From contig CT868037.1 of the NCBI GenBank assembly GCA_000165425.1, forward strand, positions 62,001 to 126,000: a DNA stretch of 64,000 nt, given 5' to 3'. Source of the stretch: Paramecium tetraurelia (lineage: Eukaryota). The position numbers and the translations under genes are program-made. Of the stretch, positions 12,430 to 23,635 are shown in pieces. Position 1 is the stretch's first letter; the number at the start of each line of letters is the position of its first letter. The notes beneath the pieces are model-generated. The model had not been told where the DNA came from. It ran no database searches and saw nothing but the letters and a program-made list of their open reading frames with translations.

Positions 12430-14467
12430 TCATTAATATTTAAATCCATTTTAATTACCAAATAACAAAGGTTGTGTTCATTCTCTGTTAGTAAATAAAC
12501 ATTATTGAATTATACAATGGCACTTTGAGTGTTGAACTCAATCGAAGTTTGGTAACTCCTTTCGACTTCTATAGAGTCTTCGTCTTCAAATTGAAAATCT
12601 TACTATTAATACAAATCCTGTACCTAAGTTTCATTGCTCTTAACGTCATGCACTGATCCACCCAAAATCAGAATCTGATCATATGAAGTCTTGATGGCAC
12701 AACTATTAAATGGCAACCTCAAATATCCATTGGACAGGAACTTGAACTCTATCTTAGTCTAAGGAATCAATCATTAACACATCATACCCAGGAGTTCTTC
12801 TGAATGTCATAGGACTCAATCGAATTGCAAGGAGTAAAGATATCGCACTTGCCTCCTATTTTGAACAAAGTATTGTTGTCTATTGCAACCAAGGCACAAC
12901 CACTACATTTAAAGTGTGGATCCTCAATTGTTTGCCATCTCTTGGTGTTTAAGTCCAATTTCTCTGCTTTGGCCATTGATGTATTCTCATCATTGGTCGA
13001 GGATCCACCAACCACAAATAAGAAATTGTCCACCTAACAAGCCGAGGTCATTGATCTGGGCAGCACCATTTCTGAATGCTGGATCAGTTACAAATTAGTG
13101 TGATTAAATTCATAAACTGATGCGATTGCTTTGAATCTTGACTTGTCTCTATCCACTCCCCCGATAACCAAATGCTTACCAGCAGTAGTGGTATATAACC
13201 TATGATATAAGGGAACCTTAATTGTGCTGTTGATTGTTTCAATTCTATATTGTTGGGATTAGATGTCATATATATATGCTGCATAACCACCCTCTTCTAA
13301 TCTAACTAGTACTTGGGGTTTGCCATCTTCAAAGTGATTTAGATGATTAATTTGGTATTTGGCTTCCTCATTTGAAAGACTTTCGGAAATCAAGGTGATT
13401 GGATTGACAAGTGGAGGTGGTATTTCAGAAATCTGAGTTATTTTCATTGTTGATAGATTTGATTTATCTTCAAGTTTGAGACTTTTATTAGGGTTGCCAA
13501 TTTATGAAGTATTGGGTTGTTATGTATTTTTGACAAAGTAGCACATTTTTTTACAGTAGGTTTAAAACAGTTCAATATTATTTTTATCAAATATAATTTT
13601 AATTTAAGATTACTGATAATTTTGAATTAATTTCTCTAAAGAGACGAGACTCTTATCTGAGAATATTTCTTGTTTTCCATCACATATTTAAATTACAGCC
13701 CTGACATAGTTATCATTGTGTAAGTCTTCTTATAATTTAGTAAGTTTATGTTGTTATTGCATGATATCTTGTTCTAATTGATTTAATTATTTTATATATT
13801 CATCTTAATTTTATTCCTTTAAATCTTTGTACAATGTTTCAAAATAATCATCGATGATGTTTGAGATCTATTCATGTATTTGTCTCAATTGCTCAAGATT
13901 ATTATTATAAAGAATAGATGGTTGTTCTGAGAAATACTTCTTGGAGTCTTGCAATTTAAATTACAATGATTTGGAGAGTTCATCTATCTTATAAGTGTTA
14001 TCTTTTCTGACTCTCTGGATATTTTCCAATTTAGGCACTCTCCCTTTGGATTAGTGCATTTCAAGATGCTCATTGATGCATTCTGGACAAAGGGGTTCAA
14101 TGCAATTCTGGAGATGATAATAAAATAACACATACTTGATCCTGACATAGATTGGTTATGAAGAATTCCGGATGAGTTGGACATGGCACATACATGAAAT
14201 TAGCAAATTAGGTCATGTTGGACATTTTGCTGGTGTTATTGATATTGACTTCCCCCAAGATACTGCCTAGATCAGATTGATCGGCGTTGATGATTTTAGA
14301 TTTGACTTAGTGAGTGGGTGGCAATTTTCGATGATTCTGAATTGTAATTACAATGTGGTTACTTGTTCATTCTCCTAGGTGTTCTGTCTTTCATTGGGTG
14401 AAACATATCTTTTAGATGCACTATGACTACTGCGACTGTCGTTAATAGGGGACTGAGACCTATTCAT
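12430..14467 (-). CDS. B-box zinc finger + coiled-coil + Kelch-repeat protein; 3' end shows apparent indels
   Basis: CPTHPEFFITNLCQDQNCIEPLCPECINEHLEMH (B-box), then coiled coil, then Kelch blades HLVIGGVD, LFVVGGSS..KRWQTI, LFKIGGKC..SYDIQKNSW, ILILGGSV. The last blade needs small frame corrections. Confidence 0.8.
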
Positions 14468-14486
14468 GAAATTCAAATTTTATAAT

Positions 14487-15517
14487 ATGTTAAATTTAAT
14501 TTTCATTCTTGCTTTAGGAATTCATTCTCAAGAACCAGAACTTTGTTATAAATTGGAGGGTCATTTATGTGTGAATAACCAAATCGCAGACATGACCTTT
14601 GCTCCCTTGGATTCAATCATAGGTCTCTGGAGATTTGACAAAAATCAAATGGATGACAGTCAATTGCTGAATCACATGTCTCAACCCTGTGATCTGGGTC
14701 CTGGCAGAGGAGCCGTTGGCAATTCAGGCTATTATAGTGGAGAACAATATTCCATCATCCCTCATCACGATCAATATCATGAGATAGTCACCATCTCCAT
14801 GTGGGTCTATCCCTTATCTTCCCAGCAGTCATTCACGACCATTCTGCGTAAGGCTTTGAAGTCTACCGAGTACACTCCCACAATTCTGTTGTGGCCATTT
14901 CATGATGAGGCCAATGTTGGAGGTGGACAAATCGAAGTGATAGTTAGTACATCCTACGACAAGGAGAACCTTCGCAGCAAGGGGAGTGTCACTGGCAGGA
15001 AATGGAACCATTTAGCAATCGTTTTGCAAGGGTTAAGCATTGATTTATACATAAACGGCATTCATGATAATGTATTGTCTCTGAAAGCCAGACCCTTAAA
15101 AAATGATGGACCCTTCTATGTGGGAGGAGATCCCTGGTTCAACGGTCCTCTGTTGTACTTAGACGATCTCACCTTCTACAACATACCATTCTTATGTATA
15201 TATTTTATACATACATAGAATTGGAAATAAGCAAATTAGTCAACTTCCCTGGGCAAGTCAACAACAGACTCTTCTATTTGGGCTGCGATGGATGCAATTA
15301 TCATCAGAGTTTGAGTAGTTGCAAATAGGGTTCGCATTTATGTTCTCTCTCAGAACTCACATCTGGAATCTATATGCATGCTCGTTAAAATGGTTGGCTA
15401 CGATTAACCAAAGATTTCTGGTCCAGAGTTGATGAAATAGATCAGGAACTGGCTAAAAACTATTTAGATCCCCAAAAAACTAAGGCCGCTATTTGTTGTT
15501 CAGATTCTTTTTATTGA
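14487..15517 (+). CDS. Secreted ConA/LamG-like domain protein with Cys-rich C-terminal domain; intron 15196-15218
   Basis: Signal peptide MLNLIFILALGIHS; LamG-like motifs GLWRFD, TISMWVYP, KWNHLAIV, LYINGI, FYVGG, LDDLTFYN; tail GCDGC..CKQGSHLCSLSEL..ARQNGW..AAICC; TGA 15515-15517. Confidence 0.85.
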
Positions 15518-16125
15518 TTATTATTAGCATTAGTATTACCATGGGCTTACTCACACATTCTAGAATATGTAAAATATTATTATATATTAATAATCAAATA
15601 CTCCCACTTACATAGTCTTATCCGTAAATCAATTTATAATTTATAGTATACTAAAAATAACACAACATTAATGGTACTCTTCAATTATTTCAAGTAATTA
15701 TGTATCATCTAATATTAACACTCTATAATTATGAATGTGGTTTAGTTAAAAATAATACAAACATTGAATTATGATATCGTCCATGTTGTTATGCATAGAT
15801 CTAATGAAACCAATTATTTATTAGAAATCCCTGTCTATTTCAACCCTTTACGTATTACTACTTAAATAAAACAATTGATATGTTCCAAAAATTAGATCCT
15901 TTTGATTCTATTGCGATAACTCAATTGCACTCTAGTCATTCAGATATACACAGACAATCAACCAATGAGGCTTGGGGTTATGGAAATCTCTTATGATTGA
16001 TGAGATGATTGAGTTGCGAGTCCGTTTTAGTCTAATGAAGAAATATTATGTAAAAATTAGGAAAACTGGGATTTGTAAATTAATTAATCATTATCACTTT
16101 ATATTGTATTTAAAATTAACATCAA

Positions 16126-17210
16126 ATGGAGGCATTTTTTGATTTCAGGTAACCATCCTCAAATACTTTAGTTATTTCCAAGATCTCAGAAAAATTTGTT
16201 CTTAGGATACTTACAAGGAAAAGCTAAGGGTCTTCCTATTTAATCCGTATATGGAATTGAAGGAGCACCAAGAAATAGTGGACCTCTTCATTGAATATGT
16301 ATTTTGTTTCTCATCTCAAATAGGCGGAATTGTCTCGCGAGTATGGAATCACTTTCGAACATATGATCAATCATAACATTGGCATTAAAGAACCCTAATT
16401 CTATCATTACTTTTTCAATAAGCTCAAAGAGACCAATTCCAGAAAAGCTCTCTAATGTATTTAAATGGCTAAGCAGTATAATTTTATATATTATTATAAA
16501 ATAGATTTTGTTATTCAAATTTTGAACAAATCGAGAGTATGAACAAGGAATTGGAGAACATCCTCCTCTTCTAATTCGAATCCTATTATCATTCTCAAAA
16601 CTGCTCCAAAAAACAAATAGAAGAGAAACTCAAACAATTTGAACTCAAGTTCTATTAATCCAAGAACAAGAGAATCCAAATCCACATCGATGAACAATAC
16701 AGAAAACTAGATCTCAAAGCCATCATCCATGAAATCGAGTCATTCAAAGAGAACAAATGCCATCCCAACAACTCCGCTCAAATCCCAATCGCCTAATCCT
16801 ACTTTCTGAATCCAGAAGAAGCAGACTTCAACAGCCAACTTGAATCAAAGGAATTCAAACTCACCAAACCCAAATTTCAGAACAATCGCAGCAACCTTCA
16901 AATAGCCCCTCAATCCCCTAATTTCTCTAATGACATTGCTGTATCGGAAGAAATCAATAAACTCACTCCCATCAGTTCCTCTTCCACATCCAGTAGATAC
17001 ATCTTCAAAATGAATAACAATTACAACATCAAATCCAACCAACAACAAAAATTAATTATACCAATACCCACAATCAATTAATAAATCAGTCCATTAAAGT
17101 CATTGAACAGAATGAAGTACAAAAGCATCCAGAAACTAAGATAACTGATTTTTGAAGACAACGTTAAAAGTTCTGTCAAGGAACCCTTAAAGTTTGATTC
17201 CCCTTAATGA
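16126..17210 (+). CDS. Mad3/BubR1-like spindle checkpoint protein (TPR-like domain, ABBA-like and KEN motifs, no kinase)
   Basis: After three short introns: EIVDLFIEYAELSREYGITFEHMINHNIGIKEPQFYHYF..RKALQCIQMA resembles the Mad3/Bub1 homology region; IQIHIDE at 16674-16694; KEN at 16746-16754; disordered Ser/Pro tail. Confidence 0.55.
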
Positions 17211-17253
17211 TTTATATACTCATATACTTAGAACAGTATAATTAATTAAATAA

Positions 17254-18421
17254 ATGTATTGCTTTTTTAAAACAACCACAACAACAAAAAGAAGTTTTTT
17301 TGAACTCAAATCCATCAACTTAGCGTTGTATCCAATAGAACTCCAAGTCATACAGGACGCCGATGAATTGAGAAACAAAATCATCTAGGGAGATTTTTAA
17401 GTCATTCCACAATATTTACAATTTTTCCTTAACAATTTAGTACTAATCCAAATATCATTAGAAACCCATCCTAAACAAATAGTCGCTTTTCCATCCCTCT
17501 TTCACCTATGAACCAATTGTAAGCAATTGCTAATTGAAGTCACCCTAAGGTAAATATTCAATTCCATATCTCAGATAGCCAAGAAGCCTTTGAAACAGAT
17601 TATGTGATGCTAATCTACACATATTGTTGCGGCTAGTTATTTGATAGTTTACAGCAAATCAAAAATATAAGATAAGCAATCATTGAGAACAAATGTCCTA
17701 ATCCAAAAGATGTAGACGTTATCTTGCAAAAGATGAAAACTTCATACGCTTTCCTAAAACACATAAAAAGTGATTCCTAACAGTTGTTGCCTAAACTTTC
17801 TGCGAAGAAAATCTTTGATTTCGAAGAATTTAGTTCTTAATTTTTCATTAGATATAATACATACTTTATCATTATGGCCAATTTAATTCACTTTGAAAAG
17901 ATGTAGTAACTGAATTAGGAATAGGAGTTGATCAACAGACAAAATTTATGCAGCACTATGTTTAAATTGTTGGTCTCTATTGGGAATTTTGGACAAGATA
18001 GGTTGGGGGTGTATTTAACCTACTTATCAATCTACTTGAAATGCTTAGGATACAAAAGTATTATGGATCGATATTTGTACAACATTCAAAAGGAGATTTA
18101 TAGGGAGAAGGGTATTGAAATATCAATTAAATTTAAGGCTTTACGGTAATGGTTTTAGAAATGATTCAATTGTGCTAGGAGTTAAAATAGATTTGTATGA
18201 TAATCCTAAATAAAGATTTGAATGAAGATTATATGGATATATTCAAAATTTAAGCGTAAAGATGGATAGCGTTTTCAGATCTTCAAGTACGAGTGCATTC
18301 AGGAATTGCCAGAAATCCGTAACCAGTTCAAACCAATGAATAGATCCTATTGAATTCTGGCTATTTCAATTGTGTTGGATTGATTAATTCATATATGTTA
18401 CTATTTAAATTTATTTGTTGA
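17254..18421 (+). CDS. Hypothetical helical protein (possibly BRO1-like), multiple short introns
   Basis: Frame restored by GT..AG introns (about 17440-17461, 17550-17575, 18113-18138); SFTYEP..AFETDYVMLIYTY weakly recalls BRO1 domains; exon structure uncertain. Confidence 0.55.
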
Positions 18422-18499
18422 CTTTATTCTATAACATCCCAGATTAGTATTTAAATTAAAAAATATTCTTTTAGAACAACCAATAATTTAAACATTTAC

Positions 18500-19398
18500 A
18501 TGGACATCCAAGTCAGATATTAAAATGAATAAACCACCTATAATGGTGTACAATCATTCGATGATTTGTTGCAAGAGATTGAAAAAAAGTACCCTCTTCT
18601 AACAAATTTCGAATTGTCATATTAAGATGAAGAGGGCGATACAATTTAGGTCTCAAACACAAGTGATATCATAGCAATTGTAAACATATGATTTATTATC
18701 ACTAGACTGATTTACATAAAGTGATAATTTAGATGGAGGCTTAAATAAACTAAAATAAGGTCCAAGAATTGGAGAAAGCTAAGAAAGTGGAAGAATTAAG
18801 ATAGAAACGACTTGAAGAGCAAAAAAGAAAAAAGTTGGAGGTAATAATACTCACAATTAATCATTTAGGAATTATAAAAAGAGATGAATAAACTTTAAGA
18901 ATTGAGCCAAGAGAAACTCCAAACAGAGCAATAATATAGAGAGCAAGCTGATCAATTGAATCATCTCCTAATACAACTGAGTCAATTCCAAAATCAACCT
19001 TTGGCTGAGTTTAAAAAAGTGTTTTATGACTCTGACATTTTTGATTAAATCAGAGAAAAAGAATAAGAATTATTGGTGTTAGAGGTACTGATGTTGAATC
19101 ATATATTTTGTAGGATAAAAAAGGGTTTGACACCAAATTAAAAGCAATTCAGAAGGATGTGTAGGAGACATTTGAAAAATTGTTCTCAAAAAGGACTGTT
19201 TAACATTAGGAGAACTATTAGAAATGGTTGGAAAATAAACACAAAATTCAAATTGTTAATTAATAGATTGCTTAGAAGGAAATCGAGAAATAGGGAAAAC
19301 TTTAAAAATTAGATGATAAATTGAAGAAAGTTCAAGAGAGTGTGGCCAAGATGAAAGCAGAATTAAATGTACCCTAGTAGATTGATGATTTATTTTGA
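18500..19398 (+). CDS. PB1-domain + coiled-coil protein
   Basis: MDIQVRYQ..SFDDLLQEIEKKYP..FELSYQDEEGDTIQVSNTSDI contains the OPCA motif of PB1; three short introns; coiled-coil tail; TGA 19396-19398. Confidence 0.8.
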
Positions 19399-19541
19399 TT
19401 CATTTTGATATTTTGATAGATTTGAGTCTTCTGTCCTAAAATTCTCAAAATCAGTTTAGAATATTATAGAAATATTTATGAATTAGAAGTGATATGTGAA
19501 TTAAATACAATGAAATCCGTTTTTATAATATTTTATTAAAA

Positions 19542-22500
19542 ATGAGAAGTTCGGCATTAGTCATATGTATACTAGTGTTAGGAAGTGGTATAATTGTATA
19601 ACATTCTAGCCCTGTCTGCTGAATTGGATTTGGGTACATCCCTATTATCTATGGATTTATCTGATGTGGCCCTTCTGGACACCACATCGATGAGTTGTTC
19701 GACACCCCAGAAATGAGTTTGAGAGAGTCTCCGCTTAAATGGCAGCTTGGGCTGATATTGTTCAACATAAGGATTCCTTGCATAGAGATATCGATAGATT
19801 GGAAACCATCAAAGAGCTCATTCAAAAGAGAAAGTTCAAATCATTAGAGAAATAGCTGAATAAATTGGAATTGCCAAAGACAGAAAGCAAAATCGGAGAG
19901 CCTATTTTGGCAGAGTTCAGACAAAAACTGTAAGGACTAAGCAATCCAGAAACTGCTGATGAATGTGAAGCAACCTTACTAAAATTATGCATCTATCTTC
20001 TCAAATAATTTAACAGTTGCAGATAACAATGCCAATCTAGCCCTGTGACAGTCATTAAAATCAAAGGAAAGATCAAGGACTTATAAGTCGTCCAATAAGG
20101 CTGTGGATAACCTGCACCATGTGAAGATGAACCAGGAGTACCTGATGAACCTGTCCCAGAAGTCCCAGAAGTACCAGAAGAGAAAGGTCCCGAAGAAAAG
20201 GATGTTCCACCTGAAGTTGAACCACAACCACCTACTCCACCTGGAGAAGAAGATAAACCAGAAATCCCAGATGAGAAAGGTCCAGAAGAAAAAGAAATTC
20301 CACCTGAAGTTGAACCACTACCACCTGCCCCACCTGGAGAGGAAGATAAACCAGAAATCCCAGATGAAAAAGGCCCTGAAGAGAAGGATGTTCCCCCTGA
20401 AGTTGAACCTTTACCACCTGCTCCACCAGGAGAGGAAGGAAAACCAGAAATTCCTGATGAAAAAGGCCCTGAAGAGTAAGATGTTCCCCCTGAAGTCGAA
20501 CCATAACCACCTGCTCCACCAGGAGAAGAAGGCAAACCAGAAATCCCTGATGAAAAGGGTCCAGAGGAAAAACATGAAGAAGGTGAACCTCCTGTTGAAC
20601 CACCTGTTGAACCAAGTCCTGAAGAGAGTCCTGAGGAAGAAGGAGAGATTCCTGATGAACCACCTGTCAATCCAAATCATGAAGAATCACCTGAAGAATC
20701 AACAGAAGAATGGGTTGAAGAAATTGAAGAGGAATTCGAAGAATTTGAAAAACCACCTATTGTTGCTCCTCCTATTGAACCACCCAGTGCTGCTGAAAAG
20801 GCTTGTTTGAATTCAGTAAACGAGATTGTTTATACATCATCTGTTGATGAAGCCACTCCATTAATCAATAAATAATTGGAAGGTGATGATTTAAGTTGTT
20901 ATGGATTTGGATTTTACGCTAGATGGCTTTAAGCTTATCCAACATTCTTGGTTCATGGAATGATAATCTGAAAAGATATTTCGTTGCAAGAGTTTCTGAA
21001 TCTGATCACACAACCAGTGAAGTTACTGATAGTGCCTTGAGCGTATATTTGACTAAAGAAGGTTTTGAATTCTAATCATATGACGTTTATGGATTATCAA
21101 CAACAGTAATTTCAGTTGGGGACATTGAAGGTAAATGGATTTATGTTTATTACTCATATTGCAATGAAAAAGCAGTTGCATTTGTAAAAGATGGTGAATC
21201 GGTATAATTGACTGAAGTCATTGTTATCCATGAAAGACCATCTCAATTGTATTTCTAATTGGCAGGTAAACAAGGGGATGCTCCATCATTCTAAGGTCAA
21301 TTCAGATTGGTTTAAGCTAATGTTGGTTAAAATGTCTTCATAGGAACTTTACCAGAAGCTAATGATTTCGTATTTGCTTGCAATCAGTTACCTGAAGAGA
21401 AATGCGAAAGATAGATCTCAAATCTTCATGATTTCGAATTCCACGGTGCTGATTCCTAATTTGATGCATCAGCTGTCGTTGAGAATGCTGACCCAATTTA
21501 TGCTTAAGAATACTCAGTTTCTGGTTGGTTCAAATGGAATCCAGTTCAAACTTCAGAATCCTGGTATTCAGCATTCAGATTGACATTGAACAATCTTGCA
21601 ACCAATCAAAATTCAAAAGAATTGGGAGATAGAGATTTGGCATTATTCGTCGGAAGTGAAAAGAAGGATTCAGTCTTGGCTTTCACTACATATACTTACA
21701 CAGACTTATACGGCAATGGTAACCCAACTTATTGGTAAGCCATCCCATATGAAAAGGATTTGGTCCACTGGCATTATATTTACTTCGGATACAGCAGACA
21801 CATCTCCAAAGCTTATGGTTATGTTGAATTTTTCACTAGAAAGGGAGAAGTGCACTTTGAAAATGTCAAGCACTTTGATGCTCCTCACAAATACTTGTAT
21901 GTCGGACAAGATCAATTCTATAAATCTTACAGCGGTAAAATCTTCAATCTCCATTACAACCTTTGTGATGGTTCATACAGAGAATTGAAATACGATGAAC
22001 ATTGGGGATACACTCCTAAACCAACCGATCCAGTCCCACCTCCTCCAGCTCCAGTTCCTGAAACACCATCCGAACCTGCAAGTGAAGAAGAATTTGTTGA
22101 ACCACCCCTCCCAACAATCCCATCTGAACCTGAAGATGATGTTCCTTATGAACCTGAACCTGAAGATAAACCACTCCCACCTCCCTCTGAGAGTGAAGAA
22201 GAAACTCCAGTTGAACCCCCTGTCGAACCACCAGTTGAACCAGAAGAAGAAACTCCAGTAGATCATGAGGAAGAACCAGAAATCCCTGATGAACCTGTTC
22301 CTGATCCAGCTCATGAGGAAGAGCCAGAAGTTCCAGAGGAAACATCTGAATCAGAAGAAGAAACTGTTGAACCACCCGTTGAACCACCCGTTGAACCCCC
22401 TGCTGAACCCCCCGTTGAACCACCTGTTGAACCACCCGTTGAACCAGAAGCACCATAACCACCTGCTCCAGTTCCTTAACCAAAGTATATATATTTAATA

Positions 22501-22801
22501 TAATTTCTAAGATGTCCACCAACCATTGAAGTTAATAAAGACAACGCTGCTGACATTTTATGTGAATTATCACACTATTTGGGTGAATTTGCTTAAGGCC
22601 ATGTACCAGTTGCTGGACCAAGCACCAAGACTGTTTGCTTCTGCATGACTTACAATGGAGGTTTAATTTGAAATGTTATCTTTAGATTATGCTCCACCAA
22701 CTTTATTGCAATTGGCATCAAAGATTCCAGGACATATCCAAATGAACGAAGCTAAAGTTGCAGTTCCATTATTGAAGAAATTCATCAAACAAAGATAATG
22801 A
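19542..22801 (+). CDS. Large secreted Pro/Glu-rich protein with two LamG-like domains; two apparent frameshifts (about 19705-19716 and 20960-20975)
   Basis: Signal peptide MRSSALVICILVLGSA (intron 19588-19609); LamG-like blocks YGFGFYARWL..WIYVYYSY and YSVSGWFKW..GDRDLALF..WHYIYFGYSR; acidic Pro-rich repeat tracts; C-terminal TLLQL; TGA 22799-22801. Confidence 0.75.
20165..20572 (+). repeat. Coding tandem repeat, 93-bp unit (31 aa PEIPDEKGPEEKDVPPEVEPLPPAPPGEEDK), about 4.4 copies
   Basis: Unit starts at 20165, 20258, 20351, 20444 and 20537, exactly 93 nt apart. Confidence 0.95.
22366..22446 (+). repeat. Coding 12-bp tandem repeat encoding (VEPP)n
   Basis: gttgaaccaccc-like unit repeated about 6-7 times (VEPPVEPPVEPPAEPPVEPPVEPPVEP). 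Confidence 0.9.
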
Positions 22802-22819
22802 ATATTTTTAATATTAAAA

Positions 22820-23509
22820 ATGGCTAATGAATTAGATACAATTTAGTTTTCTGCCTCGAGCAAATTTCATTAGCATATCCCTTCGATTGACTCTCATATA
22901 TAGAATAAAGTTTATTAATACCCGTCCAATTTTGACTATCATCAAATCAACAAGGAAATTTAATTCATAGCCGATTATGCATAGAGACTAATAAAAACCA
23001 CTGAATAGAGTTCGGATAAATACAAGTACATAATTAGGATTGCAGAGATAAGCATGAAAGCCAAAGAGGTGGATAACAACAAAAAATTATTGGATGACAT
23101 AGTTGATGAATTATCCATAATACTATCTCACTGTTAGAAATCAAAAACTGTGTAATTATTGCTTACCAAATTAATTTCGCTATATAGAAAAAAATAAACA
23201 AACTTTAATAATAGAGATTCAAATATCAAAAAATTTGGGTTAATATTTAATAAAAATATTAACAATCGAAATAACGTACTCTCCAATTTCATAGAATCCA
23301 CAAGAATGAATACTCAAACTTAAAAATCATTTTCCCCTTCCTCCCAATATTAAAATTCGATGTTCCTTCAAAAGAGGGACAAGTAGATCTAGAATCAGGT
23401 CCATAAAGGCGATAATCTGTAAAATTACAAAGATGAACATCTCTAAGCCCTATTCAACAGACCCATGAGCTTTTAGAGGTAAAAAAACTATTATCTCTCA
23501 AAATATTGA
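22820..23509 (+). CDS. Hypothetical protein, 229 aa
   Basis: Open code-6 frame MANELDTIQFSASSKF... to TGA 23507-23509 (690 nt), starting 18 nt after the previous stop. Confidence 0.65.
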
Positions 23510-23635
23510 CTTTTTCGTGTACAAAGAAAGTAATTGAAGAGATATTTCAACATTTTCTAAAATATTTAATAAATTCGTTATAAAATAAACTATACCACAA
23601 AATTATATATAATAATTGTAATTTTCTAATATTTA

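Noticed and set aside
15820..15850. CTGTCTATTTCAACCCTTT resembling the ciliate telomerase RNA CUGUCA + CAACCCC template region
   Set aside because: Only three Cs, no CCCCAA template and no other recognisable telomerase RNA elements.
15520..16120. 600-bp gap with short broken ORFs on both strands
   Set aside because: No frame gives a coherent protein and no convincing snoRNA boxes; possibly a decayed gene.
20165..20572. Regularly spaced repeats considered as a CRISPR-like array
   Set aside because: Whole 93-bp units are duplicated with no unique spacers, they are in-frame coding, and the genome is eukaryotic.
19993..22522. Long antisense and off-frame ORFs in the track (Gly/Ser-rich 225 aa, Lys/His-rich 235 aa and others)
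   Set aside because: Shadows of the Pro/Glu repeat coding frame on the plus strand; repeats lack stops in alternative frames.
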